From SAR202 cluster bacterium (GTDB lineage Bacteria; Chloroflexota; Dehalococcoidia; Lucifugimonadales; OSU-TB39), in contig VFGY01000030.1 in assembly GCA_009392195.1 (NCBI GenBank), positions 1,823 through 65,822 on the forward strand: DNA of 64,000 bases. The letters are read 5' to 3'. The translations under genes were made by a program, and so were the position numbers. Of this stretch, positions 18,687 through 28,675 are shown piece by piece. The notes below the pieces were generated by a model that saw only the letters and a list, made by a program, of their open reading frames with translations, was not told the DNA's origin and did no database searches. Each line of letters begins with the position of its first letter. The stretch's first letter is position 1.

Positions 18687-19646
18687 ATGAACAATAATAT
18701 AGTGGAAGCAATATCTGTACACGAAATCACTAAAACGTTTGACTTGAACGTAGCAGTTAATAACGTCTCTTTTTCGGTTCCCAAAGGGGAAGTAGTAGGC
18801 TTTCTTGGCCCTAACGGTTCAGGCAAAACTACCACAATGAGAATGCTCACATCATTCTACACCCCCGATAAGGGTGAAATATTTATTGAAGGGATAAACA
18901 ATTTAACAAATGACGTGGAGGCACGTAGCAAAATAGGTTATCTGCCTGAAAATAATCCTCTGTACGGAGATATGATAGTAAAAGAATACCTTGAATTGAT
19001 TGGTAAAATCCGTAAATTAGATAATTCTAGATTAAAGACTAATGTATCTAACGCAGTTGAAGAAACAGGTTTACAAAGAGTCTACTACAATCAAGTAAAT
19101 CAATGCTCAAAAGGTTACAAACAAAGAGTAGGACTTGCAGCTGCTCTACTGCATGAACCTTCAATTTTAATAATGGATGAGCCAACAGAAGGTCTAGATC
19201 CAAACCAAAGAGTACCAATAAGAGAATTAATAAGATCGCTGAGTACAGATAGAACCGTTCTTTTAAGTACCCACGTCCTTCAAGAAGTAGAAGAAACGTG
19301 TGATCGTATATTGATTATCAGCAAAGGGAATTTAGTAGCAAATGGTACAATTTCAGACTTACAAAACACCTCTTTAGAAAAAAAAGAAGTCGAAGTTGAG
19401 ATAAGTGGCACCAACATAGAAGAAGAACTCTCTAAAATTAATAACGTTAAAGGAATAACAAAAATTTCCAAGTCCGGGACAATTGAAAAGTTTAGAATAA
19501 GCTATGAAGGGAAAGATGATATAAGACCAATATTGTTTGAACTCTGTAAAAATCAAAATTGGACCTTATGGGAACTTCACCAAATTGTTACCCGTCTACA
19601 AGACATGTTTTATTCTCTAACTTCAGAACACACCAATCTTGAATAA
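18687..19646 (+). CDS. ABC transporter ATP-binding protein (ABC-2/GldA-like)
   Basis: Walker A GPNGSGKTT, signature-like SKGYKQRV, Walker B ILIMDEPTEGLD. Confidence 0.9.
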   Translation: MNNNIVEAISVHEITKTFDLNVAVNNVSFSVPKGEVVGFLGPNGSGKTTTMRMLTSFYTPDKGEIFIEGINNLTNDVEARSKIGYLPENNPLYGDMIVKEYLELIGKIRKLDNSRLKTNVSNAVEETGLQRVYYNQVNQCSKGYKQRVGLAAALLHEPSILIMDEPTEGLDPNQRVPIRELIRSLSTDRTVLLSTHVLQEVEETCDRILIISKGNLVANGTISDLQNTSLEKKEVEVEISGTNIEEELSKINNVKGITKISKSGTIEKFRISYEGKDDIRPILFELCKNQNWTLWELHQIVTRLQDMFYSLTSEHTNLE

Positions 19647-19679
19647 ATGACATCCAATTGGCAAAAATAAGTATCTAAA

Positions 19680-21956
19680 ATGAATTCAATCATACATCTA
19701 GTAAAAAAAGATATTAGATCATATTTTGATCAACCCACTGGGTTTGTTTTGTTGGTAATATTTGTGATAGGTACTTGCTATTTCTTCTTCAGAAACGCTT
19801 TTACTATTGGAGAAGCATCCCTAATACCCTTATTTCAAATTATGCCATGGTTCCTTTCTATTTTAGTCTCAGCTACAACTATGCGATTACTCGCAGAAGA
19901 ACAACGAGACGGAACTCTTGAAATTTTATTAACACATCCAATTGTTGGATGGCATATAGTTATTTCAAAGTTTCTTGCCGGTTTAATTTTTTCTAGTATT
20001 GGAATAATAATAACAATCGCTTTACCAATATCACTATTATCTGCAGGCGACCTAGATATTGGAGCTATAATTGCACAATACATAGGTATAGTGTTGTTAA
20101 CAGGTTCGTTCGTATCTATAGGGATTTTCACTTCAAGCCTAACCAAAAACCAAATTGTTGCTTTTATAATTGGACTTTCATTAATATTGCTCTTAATGAT
20201 ATTTGGAATGCCGATTATTACTTTAGCAATCCCTACATTTGCAGCAAATCTCTTAAGTGAATTAAGTCCTTTGACACATTTCACCGGAATGGTTAGAGGC
20301 GTGTTGCAATTAAAAGACATAATTTATTTTGCTGCGACAATATCTACGTTTCTTACAGCCACCTATCTTTCATTAAAAAGTAAAACTTTAAGCCACAAAT
20401 CAACATCATATAGAAACCTACAAATAACCGTTTTATGCCTAGTGTTAATAAGCCTGTCTATTGGATGGTTTGGAAGACATATAGGTGGAAGAATCGACTT
20501 AACTGCATCACAGTTATACACCCTAAGCAATGCTACTGAACAAATTGTGTCTGGATTAGATGACATTGTAACTATAACCATATTTCAATCAAAACAGCCA
20601 CCAGTGCAAATTGCTCCTATAACGAGAGAAGTTAATCATATGCTTGACGATATATCCGTTAAATCTAACGGAAAAGTAAAAATAATAAGATCGTATCCTG
20701 ATGAAAATCCAGAAGACAAAATCGATGCCGAAAATCATTTTATAGTGCCTAAGCAGTTTCAAATTGAAACTCAAGGAGAATTAAAGGTTACAAATGGATA
20801 TTTGGGCTTATACATGACATATGCGAATAAAAAAGAGGCTATCGCGTACATAGATTCACTGGATGGGATTGAATATAGACTGATGGCTAATTTATATAGA
20901 ATGACACAAAAATCACCAAAATCTATCAGTTTCCTAACAGGCCACCAAGAAAAACAGCGTGACGCTGAAATGCAAAGTTTTAGGGATATATTGGAAAGGC
21001 ATCATAGCGTAGAAACAACAGAACAGGTGGGGTCAGGCCAATACCTAGATTTATCCCTAACAGATGTATTAGTTATAGCTGGCCCTCAAACTCAAATATC
21101 TTTGCCCGAACAAGATACAATCAACGAATTCCTATCATCAGGAGGAAAAGCTCTGATTTTAGTTGACCCTATACAAATCAACCCACAAACTCTTGAGGTG
21201 CTCGGAGAAAATCCAACACTTGAACAATACCTTAGAGAATACGGGGTCCAAATAAATTACGATATTGTTTACGATCCTACTTCAAATGCTAAAGTTCAAT
21301 TCGCTTCAAGAAATGGAACTCCTGTAGCTTTACAATATCCATTTTGGGTTAGAGCCGACACTAAAAATTCTAATATATCTGGTGGCGTTGAAACAGTAGT
21401 TATACCATGGTCAAGCTCCCTAGAATTAATATCTGCATCGGCAAATATATACTCACCAGAATTCACCAATTTAATCCTAACAACTAAAAATTCAGTTAGC
21501 GGAACAATATACAGTGACCTATTCCCGCAACAAAACCCAGAGTCCTCAATAGGAGATTCTCTATCCGAGTCAAAATTAATAGCAGTGGCGATTACAGGCA
21601 AACGGTGTCCCCCACTAGAACCAAACTGTGCTAAAGAGTTACAAAAACCTTTCCGCATTATCGTAGCAACTGACTCCGATTGGCTAAGTGAATACATGGT
21701 TACTAACAATGGTTACAGAGGACATACCGAACTAGGGGCAAACTGGATAGATTGGTTAACACAAGAAAACGCACTAATTTCTATACGTGGAAAAGGCAAA
21801 TCCGTTAGGCAATTAACGTTTAATTCTGATAATCACAGAAATCTTGTCCAATATATCAATATCGCTGGCTTGCCTCTAATTATAGTAGCCCTAGGAATAT
21901 GGAGATATATATACCGTAAAAGTATCAATAGGAGATCATACTCCGATGAATCTTAG
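19680..21956 (+). CDS. Fusion of an ABC-2 permease (GldF-like) with a GldG-like ABC auxiliary domain
   Basis: 758 aa. About 240 aa of six-TM permease, then a large extracytoplasmic domain and a C-terminal TM (LPLIIVALGIWRYIY). Confidence 0.7.
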   Translation: MNSIIHLVKKDIRSYFDQPTGFVLLVIFVIGTCYFFFRNAFTIGEASLIPLFQIMPWFLSILVSATTMRLLAEEQRDGTLEILLTHPIVGWHIVISKFLAGLIFSSIGIIITIALPISLLSAGDLDIGAIIAQYIGIVLLTGSFVSIGIFTSSLTKNQIVAFIIGLSLILLLMIFGMPIITLAIPTFAANLLSELSPLTHFTGMVRGVLQLKDIIYFAATISTFLTATYLSLKSKTLSHKSTSYRNLQITVLCLVLISLSIGWFGRHIGGRIDLTASQLYTLSNATEQIVSGLDDIVTITIFQSKQPPVQIAPITREVNHMLDDISVKSNGKVKIIRSYPDENPEDKIDAENHFIVPKQFQIETQGELKVTNGYLGLYMTYANKKEAIAYIDSLDGIEYRLMANLYRMTQKSPKSISFLTGHQEKQRDAEMQSFRDILERHHSVETTEQVGSGQYLDLSLTDVLVIAGPQTQISLPEQDTINEFLSSGGKALILVDPIQINPQTLEVLGENPTLEQYLREYGVQINYDIVYDPTSNAKVQFASRNGTPVALQYPFWVRADTKNSNISGGVETVVIPWSSSLELISASANIYSPEFTNLILTTKNSVSGTIYSDLFPQQNPESSIGDSLSESKLIAVAITGKRCPPLEPNCAKELQKPFRIIVATDSDWLSEYMVTNNGYRGHTELGANWIDWLTQENALISIRGKGKSVRQLTFNSDNHRNLVQYINIAGLPLIIVALGIWRYIYRKSINRRSYSDES

Positions 21957-22941
21957 ACAGATAATATATATAATCTCTACAATTGCAGTGATTGCTATAA
22001 TAGCCACATTGTCGAGGCTTGGTTTCTCAGAAAATGAAACCATTATTACAATGGAAAATATAAGTCCTCTTAACCGTGACATAGTAGATAAAATCATAAT
22101 TACAGATGGGGTAAATCAAACTACTCTTACCAAAAACAATCTTAATTGGAAAGTAGGCAATTATCCCGTTGTGTTTGATGGGTTCGAAGAAATGTGGGAA
22201 GTGATATCAAATTTCCCCAAAGCAAGACTGATATCCAACAATGAATCCAACCATTCCCTCATGGGCGTATCAGAATCAAATTCAACTGCAGTTGAATTTT
22301 ATAACAATCAAACCTTAGTGGAAAAATTTCTAATTGGTGACAAAGTATACGCACCTATGCCTGATGAAGAAAATATATATACCCCTTGGACATCTTTGTC
22401 TAGGATGTGCTATATAAGAGAACCCGGTTCCAAAGAAGTATATGGAGTGTTTTGCCAATACCCTGATCGATTTAATCCAAAGCCTGAAATGTGGGCAGAA
22501 CCGACTATTCTTAAAATTCCTATGGACGAAATCGAATCTATATTATATAGATACCCTCAAACAGAATTCCAATTAAAAATCTTACCCAACAATCAATGGA
22601 TCATAATAGAGGAAACGGGTCCTAGCATTGCCGATGTGAACATAGCAAATAAATTGCTTTCAGAATTTTCCCAACTAGTAACAAGTGATTTCCCCAATCC
22701 TAAAAATGTAAATAATTTAGACCTATTAAATCCCACAATTGCAATAACAGTGATAGCCAAACCCAATTCAGGAAATGACTCGGTTGACTTATTTTTATTT
22801 GAAGATAGCCAGCAACAAAACGGCGGGTATTATATAAAAAACAGAATTAATGATTGGGTTTATTATATAGATTCAAACACTTCGTCTTCGATACTCAAAT
22901 ATCCATTTGATCTTATTGAAGTAGATTCACCCGATTCATAA
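21946..22941 (+). CDS. DUF4340-like membrane-anchored protein, the usual partner of GldG-type ABC systems
   Basis: 331 aa with a single N-terminal TM. Overlaps the upstream gene by 11 nt. Assignment rests on position and architecture. Confidence 0.5.
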   Translation: MNLRQIIYIISTIAVIAIIATLSRLGFSENETIITMENISPLNRDIVDKIIITDGVNQTTLTKNNLNWKVGNYPVVFDGFEEMWEVISNFPKARLISNNESNHSLMGVSESNSTAVEFYNNQTLVEKFLIGDKVYAPMPDEENIYTPWTSLSRMCYIREPGSKEVYGVFCQYPDRFNPKPEMWAEPTILKIPMDEIESILYRYPQTEFQLKILPNNQWIIIEETGPSIADVNIANKLLSEFSQLVTSDFPNPKNVNNLDLLNPTIAITVIAKPNSGNDSVDLFLFEDSQQQNGGYYIKNRINDWVYYIDSNTSSSILKYPFDLIEVDSPDS

Positions 22942-22958
22942 ACATAGATAGGCTTAAA

Positions 22959-23939
22959 GTGATATCTATCATCAATACCTGCGAAACTTATATCCTTAAA
23001 TTCTTAACTCTAACCACCATAATTTTTGTTTGCTTAATTCAAATATCTTGTTCAGATAATAATCAACCGCAAAACCAATTAAATGAAACCGATAACAACC
23101 ATACCGCCCGCATAGCTTTTGTATCTGATAAAGATTCAAATTGGGATATCTGGATTATGAATCCAGACGGCAGCGAATTGAAAAATATTACTGAAAACCC
23201 CTCTTTAGACTCTCATCCTTCATGGTCACCTGATGGAAAAAACATAGTTTTCTATTCTGACCGAGATGGTAATAAAAACATATATACAATTAGCACTGAC
23301 GGCACAAACATAAAACAACTTACCTCAGGTTCGAGATCAAACCACAGTCCTTCTTGGTCTCCAAATGGAGAAAAAATAGCATTTGTATCAAATAGAAGTG
23401 GAGAAAATTGTATATGGATCATGAATGCTGATGGTTCTAACCAATACAACTTAACAAAGCACCTCAAATCTTCTAGATGGCCTACATGGTCAAACAAAAA
23501 AGAAGGAATACTTTTCACGTCAGAAAATGTCATTTACCAAATAAATCCTGAAACTTTCGAATTGACTACTATCTTTAAACTTAATAAAGACCTCGTATTT
23601 ACAGGTTTGTTTTTAGGTTGGCCAGTATGGTCTTCTAATGGAAACAAAATTGCACTGACTTCAAATTTTTTGGATAAACAAAAAATGACGCCCATACTCT
23701 ATACTTTAAATAGAGACGGTAAAGCATTTAAACCATTAATTAATAGTCCAGGGCTTGGCCCGGATGAACGTCCTAGTTGGTCCCCTGACGGAAACTCCAT
23801 CGTGTATTCATCTTTAACTAACAATGCAAAAAAACAAATTTGGATAATTGATGTAAATACAGGAGTCAGTACTCAAGTAACTTCAAATAATTCCATGAAT
23901 GGATTTCCAGCTTGGGAACCAGTGGGCAAAAGCCCCTAA
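22959..23939 (+). CDS. TolB-like PD40 beta-propeller protein with signal or lipoprotein leader
   Basis: 326 aa. Repeated PSWSPDGKNIVFYSDRDGNKNIY-type PD40 repeats. Hydrophobic leader ending LIQISC. Confidence 0.8.
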   Translation: MISIINTCETYILKFLTLTTIIFVCLIQISCSDNNQPQNQLNETDNNHTARIAFVSDKDSNWDIWIMNPDGSELKNITENPSLDSHPSWSPDGKNIVFYSDRDGNKNIYTISTDGTNIKQLTSGSRSNHSPSWSPNGEKIAFVSNRSGENCIWIMNADGSNQYNLTKHLKSSRWPTWSNKKEGILFTSENVIYQINPETFELTTIFKLNKDLVFTGLFLGWPVWSSNGNKIALTSNFLDKQKMTPILYTLNRDGKAFKPLINSPGLGPDERPSWSPDGNSIVYSSLTNNAKKQIWIIDVNTGVSTQVTSNNSMNGFPAWEPVGKSP

Positions 23940-23971
23940 AATCTGATTCGCTCATTCAAATCTCAATCTAG

Positions 23972-24847
23972 TTAGACATCTATCTCCAACAGTTCCAAGG
24001 AATTCCTGTTCATAATTCCGTTTATCTCTGAAAATGGAATCCCCGGTAAATTATGCTTTCTACAATAAGACGGTAAACCATTCAAAAATGATATTGTTTC
24101 AGATGGAGTCGTAACTGGCCAATCTGAAGCGAACAACAATTTATGCATCACATTCCATTCAAACGCTAAACGAAATCCATTGTAAGCTGACCAAGGACGA
24201 TAAAATTGACCTGATATATCAGCATAAACATTTTTATGTTTCCTGATTACAGCAATACAATCTTCGTGCCAGGGATGGCCCATATGCGCCATCACAATTT
24301 TTAAATCAGGAAACTGGAGTGCTATCTCATCCATATAAATAGGATAAGAATACCTTAAAGGGGAATTTGCCATTGGTGCTGTCCCCTGATGAAAAATTAT
24401 AGGAATATTATTCTGCTCTGCATAAGAATATAACGATTTGGCGTTTAAACCTAATGGATCAAAATTCTGATAGTTCGGTCCTAATTTTATACCACGCAAA
24501 TTTAAATCTGTTTTACATCTATAGATCTCGTCCAACACGTTATCACTATCTGGATGAACTGACATAAAACCAATCAGTTTACCAGACCCCAATGATACAA
24601 CCTCAGCTGTCCTATCATTTACATCATGTACAAAATCCAGATGGTCAAGAGCATCATTTTTTAATGGATGCCTAGCTATTCCAAAAACAATTGCAATATT
24701 TACAGGAGCCATATCCTGTAAATATTCTTCCACGCTATTGGTCATCTTAATTGCTCGGTCTGGCCTCATTTTTGTATCGTATTTTTCTTCTTCTTTATCG
24801 ATACTTTTGTAATGACTTGGAGTATGGGTATGTACATCGATTATCAT
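23972..24847 (-). CDS. Amidohydrolase-2 family metal-dependent hydrolase (TIM barrel)
   Basis: 291 aa. N-terminal IIDVHTHTP His-x-His, MAHMGHPW, ASDWP near the C-terminus. Confidence 0.7.
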   Translation of the reverse strand: MIIDVHTHTPSHYKSIDKEEEKYDTKMRPDRAIKMTNSVEEYLQDMAPVNIAIVFGIARHPLKNDALDHLDFVHDVNDRTAEVVSLGSGKLIGFMSVHPDSDNVLDEIYRCKTDLNLRGIKLGPNYQNFDPLGLNAKSLYSYAEQNNIPIIFHQGTAPMANSPLRYSYPIYMDEIALQFPDLKIVMAHMGHPWHEDCIAVIRKHKNVYADISGQFYRPWSAYNGFRLAFEWNVMHKLLFASDWPVTTPSETISFLNGLPSYCRKHNLPGIPFSEINGIMNRNSLELLEIDV

Positions 24848-24859
24848 TTAATCCTCTCC

Positions 24860-24887
24860 CCCTAAAATCCATAATTACATTTTAGGG
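24860..24887. promoter_or_regulatory. Palindrome CCCTAAAAT-N10-ATTTTAGGG in a divergent intergenic region (operator or 5'-UTR hairpin)
   Basis: 9-bp perfect arms at 24860..24868 and 24879..24887. On the minus-strand mRNA the 3' arm runs into the GGGGGAGAGG SD of the 23972..24847 gene. Confidence 0.4.
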
Positions 24888-24979
24888 TATATTATCCTTC
24901 AATAACCAGAATTATCATTGACTATTACATATAACAAGGATAATCTTTTGCTTCAAATATAAGATCTAAGAGCAATAAT

Positions 24980-26035
24980 ATGTCAAATAATGACCAAGTT
25001 GGAAAAATACAAACGGTTACGGGAACTATTAACCCTTCAGATTTAGGTAAAACCAGTACCCATGAACACATTTTTATAGATTTCCTATGCATGTTCACAA
25101 AGCCAGAAGAAGCTAGTGAGCAATTTAAAGCCAATCAGCCACTTAGATTAGATAACTTGGGTTGGATTAAATATGACCCATTTCGGAACATCGATAATTT
25201 AGAATTAAATGATGAATCATTAGCCGTTAACGAAATATTGAAATATAAAGCAGTTGGAGGCGATAGTATTGTAGAAGTTACGACCATAGGTATAGGAAGA
25301 GACCCTCAAGCTTTAGCAAAAATATCTCGATTAACCAATGTAAATATAATAACCGGAGCAGGTTATTACGTTGATGCAGTACACCCAGATAACATGAACG
25401 ATAAAACTATGTCTCAACTAGAAGAACAAATCACAAAAGAAGTTCAAACCGGAATAGGTGAAACCGGTATAAAGGCTGGAATTATCGGAGAAATAGGATG
25501 TTCATGGCCTTTAACTAAAAATGAATCCAAAGTATTAAAAGCAGTGGCCAAAGCACAGCAACAAACCGGTGCTGCAATTTTAATACATCCAGGAAGACAC
25601 CAAGATAGTCCATTTGAGATACTTGATATTTTATCTAAATCAGGTGCAGACGTTTCACGGGTGATAATAGGCCATATCGAACGAACAATACAGGATATAA
25701 CAGTAGTAGATAAGCTTGCTAAATCTGGATGTTACTTGGAATATGATTTGTTTGGATGGGAAGTTTCTTATTATCCTCTTTCTGACAAAATAGACATGGT
25801 AAATGATTCGCAAAGAATTAATTACATATCAAAATTAATCGAACTCGGATATGAAAGCAAAATAGTAATAGCCCAAGATATATTTTCTAAACATAGAACT
25901 GCAACCTATGGAGGGCATGGATATGGTCATATAATAGAAAATATATTGCCTAGAATGGCTAAATCTGGAATACCTTCTGAAGTAATCAATAAAATCATCA
26001 CTGAAAATCCAGCAAATATATTAACAATTAAATAG
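24980..26035 (+). CDS. Phosphotriesterase-related protein (PTER/Php family), second paralogue
   Basis: 351 aa. TSTHEHIFIDF, GEIGCSWP, ILIHPGR. Collinear with 5273..6322 along its full length. Confidence 0.8.
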   Translation: MSNNDQVGKIQTVTGTINPSDLGKTSTHEHIFIDFLCMFTKPEEASEQFKANQPLRLDNLGWIKYDPFRNIDNLELNDESLAVNEILKYKAVGGDSIVEVTTIGIGRDPQALAKISRLTNVNIITGAGYYVDAVHPDNMNDKTMSQLEEQITKEVQTGIGETGIKAGIIGEIGCSWPLTKNESKVLKAVAKAQQQTGAAILIHPGRHQDSPFEILDILSKSGADVSRVIIGHIERTIQDITVVDKLAKSGCYLEYDLFGWEVSYYPLSDKIDMVNDSQRINYISKLIELGYESKIVIAQDIFSKHRTATYGGHGYGHIIENILPRMAKSGIPSEVINKIITENPANILTIK

Positions 26036-26049
26036 ATTCGGGAGTAATA

Positions 26050-26514
26050 ATGTCAAAGGTCGAACAAAAACTAAAAGAACTTAATATGAAACTACCTGAA
26101 TTAACTAAACCAGTAGGTGCATATTTACCATATGTTAAAACTGGCAATTTGGTTTTTCTTTCAGGCCATGGACCTGCTCTAATAACTGGAGAAAAACAAT
26201 ACCAAGGGAAATTAGGTGAATCATTAACTGTTGAAGAAGGTTACGATGCAGCAAGATTGGTAGGGTTAAATTTGTTAGCAACTCTAAAATCTGCAATATC
26301 AGACCTAGACCGAGTAAATAAAATAGTGAAAGTGCTGGGAATGGTCAATTCAACACCAGAATTCAACCAACAACCTAAGGTCATTAATGGATTTTCTGAA
26401 TTAATGACAAATGTTTTTGGCGAAAAAGGAAAACACGCCAGATCTGCTGTAGGACTTGTTAATCTACCCTTTGATATCCCTGTAGAAATAGAAATGATTG
26501 TAGAGATAGCATAA
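26050..26514 (+). CDS. RidA/YjgF/UK114-family protein
   Basis: 154 aa. Typical size and pattern: GNLVFLSGHGP near the N-terminus, ARSAVGLVNLPFDIPVEIEMIVE at the C-terminus. Confidence 0.7.
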   Translation: MSKVEQKLKELNMKLPELTKPVGAYLPYVKTGNLVFLSGHGPALITGEKQYQGKLGESLTVEEGYDAARLVGLNLLATLKSAISDLDRVNKIVKVLGMVNSTPEFNQQPKVINGFSELMTNVFGEKGKHARSAVGLVNLPFDIPVEIEMIVEIA

Positions 26515-26542
26515 TCAAAAAGTTTTGACACATACCTGATTC

Positions 26543-27250
26543 ATGTCAAAACCAACCCCTAAAATAGGTATATTTGGAGGAAACGAATTCCAAGAAAATT
26601 GTCTAGACATTGATACACAGTTTTGCAATTCATCTCCTATATACAAAGCCAAAGTTCTAATTCTACCGACAGCAGCGGCTAATGAAAATCCCGACCTAGC
26701 TACCCTCAATGGAATAAACCATTTCAACAAAATTGGTGTGGACGTTTCGGCGTTAAAATTGATAACCAAAAAACAGAGTAATGATGAACGTTTTTTGAGA
26801 CCAATAAATGATTCCAATGTAATATATTTAACCGGAGGCAACCCCAAATACCTAAATACAATATTGCAGAATTCCAAAGCAATTACTGAAATAAAAAAAG
26901 TATTGTCCTGTGGGTCACTATTGATTGGTTCAAGTGCTGGTGCCATGGTTATGGGTGAATATATGCTGTTGGACAAAATAGTAGATGGATTAAATCTAAT
27001 TCCAAATACTATTATAGTCCCCCATTTTGAAAATAATAATGACATAGACAATTTATTAAACATTTCGCGGAATCGTGATATTACTATTTTAGGGCTAGAC
27101 TCACAAGCTGCATGTATAGCTGACAATAATAATTGGTTTACTTTAGGGAATAGAAAAATAACTATTATCGAAAATGATAATATCCAGGAATTCAGCCAAG
27201 ACAAAATGAAACTACCCCTAGAATTTCACCCAATATTTCAAAAGGAATAA
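26543..27250 (+). CDS. S51-family peptidase (peptidase E/cyanophycinase-like)
   Basis: 235 aa. IYLTGGNPKYL, nucleophile motif GSSAGAMVMG, IVPHFENN. Confidence 0.7.
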   Translation: MSKPTPKIGIFGGNEFQENCLDIDTQFCNSSPIYKAKVLILPTAAANENPDLATLNGINHFNKIGVDVSALKLITKKQSNDERFLRPINDSNVIYLTGGNPKYLNTILQNSKAITEIKKVLSCGSLLIGSSAGAMVMGEYMLLDKIVDGLNLIPNTIIVPHFENNNDIDNLLNISRNRDITILGLDSQAACIADNNNWFTLGNRKITIIENDNIQEFSQDKMKLPLEFHPIFQKE

Positions 27251-27251
27251 C

Positions 27252-27665
27252 ATGAATTATCTAATCTGGGCACTAATAGGTATGGTTTTTTATGGAATTA
27301 CAGCAGTTTTGCTTAAAGCCGGATTAAAAAACTCAAATACTGAAATAGCATTAATCTTAACAAACGTAATATTGGTAGTAGGGGGCATTGCCATTGCTTT
27401 TTTTAAAGGATCTCTGTTCTCCAAATGGCCTGTTGGTTGGCCGTTAGTTTTCTTATCATTAGCGGGGGTAACTCTGGTGATTGGTATTGCCAGCTACTAT
27501 ACGGCTTTAAGCAAAGGTCCTATATCAATCGTTTTACCTATTTTTTCAATGAGCTTTGCTATAGCAAGTATACTAGGAATGGCCTTATTAGGGGAAGAAA
27601 TCAACACGTATAAAGTACTAGGAATCTTTCTTGCTGGGACAGCTATATTTATGTTAACCAGATAA
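27252..27665 (+). CDS. Small EamA-domain (DMT superfamily) membrane protein
   Basis: 137 aa, about 4-5 TM helices, single EamA-like half. Starts 1 nt after the S51 stop. Confidence 0.5.
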   Translation: MNYLIWALIGMVFYGITAVLLKAGLKNSNTEIALILTNVILVVGGIAIAFFKGSLFSKWPVGWPLVFLSLAGVTLVIGIASYYTALSKGPISIVLPIFSMSFAIASILGMALLGEEINTYKVLGIFLAGTAIFMLTR

Positions 27666-27697
27666 TGTATAAAAAAGGTTTACTTAGAAGTATTATG

Positions 27698-28675
27698 TCA
27701 CCAGTCAACCCGCAATTTGGTCCACATAATTCCAAACCTACCATCTTTCTTCATCCAATAAGTTGCTAGAATATTTCCATCTGATAAGCGTATAGCTGTA
27801 GGGAACCCGAATTCAAAGCCATAAAACTCATCAACTCCTGAAGTTAAATCACTAGGTCTTTCTTTTTGAGCCAAAGCATCGTAAAGCAACCCTTCAAAAA
27901 CAATTTCCCACTTTTGACCTTTTGATTCTACCAAGTTCATTACAATTCCCTGATCACCATATCTTCTGTTATAAAGAATCAAAAATCTATCTGCAGATAA
28001 TGGAACGGGAGTCATAGTCTGACCCATTATCCCTGTTTTCATCGGTTCACTCCAAGAATTCCCATTATCATTAGAAACCACATAACTATTTTCCAAATCT
28101 CTGACATCACCTAGTGTTACAGTCCAAGCAGTCGCAATTAATTCTCCTGGAGATATTTCAGCTAACTTCTGTTCAAAATATCCATTTAGTCCAGAAGGAT
28201 CTTGGAACAAAGTCACGATTTCAGGCCAACTTTCACCTTGATCGTAAGAAACTGCCGCAATAACTTTATCGCCCAATTTTTCTGGAGATGTCAGAAGCGC
28301 CGCTGGGGCTAAAAGTTTACCAGAGTTCAACGGTAAAATCCCATGCGATATTTCCAAAGGACAATCAAATGGCAAGTCTATAACCTTAGGATTACTCCAA
28401 TTATTACCACCATCATGGGAAGAACAAAAAACTGGTTCGTCTTTACCTTCTCCGAACCTGGAATTTATATCTCTATAATTCCTAGCACCATAGGCAAATA
28501 TAGTCTTACCGTCAGCACTTAAAGATAGCTTCAAAGCATTTGTAGACTTAAGGTTCGAATCTTCGTCTAAGATAGTACCTTGCAATTCCCAATTTTTCCC
28601 GCCATCAGTTGACCTGGACCAATCAGTACCACCCAAAACATTAGGACCTCCACCAACATTGAAAGAGCATAGCAA
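27698..28675 (-). CDS. BNR/Asp-box repeat beta-propeller (sialidase-like glycosidase fold)
   Basis: Asp-boxes SRSTDGGKNW, SSHDGGNNW, SYDQGESW, SNDNGNSW. The frame stays open 34 codons upstream of TTG 28675 with no ATG/GTG/TTG (see findings). Confidence 0.75.
   Translation of the reverse strand: MLCSFNVGGGPNVLGGTDWSRSTDGGKNWELQGTILDEDSNLKSTNALKLSLSADGKTIFAYGARNYRDINSRFGEGKDEPVFCSSHDGGNNWSNPKVIDLPFDCPLEISHGILPLNSGKLLAPAALLTSPEKLGDKVIAAVSYDQGESWPEIVTLFQDPSGLNGYFEQKLAEISPGELIATAWTVTLGDVRDLENSYVVSNDNGNSWSEPMKTGIMGQTMTPVPLSADRFLILYNRRYGDQGIVMNLVESKGQKWEIVFEGLLYDALAQKERPSDLTSGVDEFYGFEFGFPTAIRLSDGNILATYWMKKDGRFGIMWTKLRVDW

Noticed and set aside
19835-20320. 161-aa antisense ORF inside the ABC-2 permease region
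   Set aside because: The sense strand encodes a coherent six-TM permease that continues into the GldG-like domain. The antisense ORF has no independent support.
26515-27204. 229-aa ORF on the minus strand, fully antisense to the S51 peptidase gene; strikingly long for AT-rich DNA
   Set aside because: The plus-strand ORF carries the family motifs (GGNPKYL, GSSAGAM, VPHF) and sits in an operon. The antisense translation is low-complexity and hydrophobic with no motif, start context or SD. Its openness is explained by the sense gene happening to avoid NNY-TAY and NNT-CAN codon junctions. Treated as a shadow ORF.
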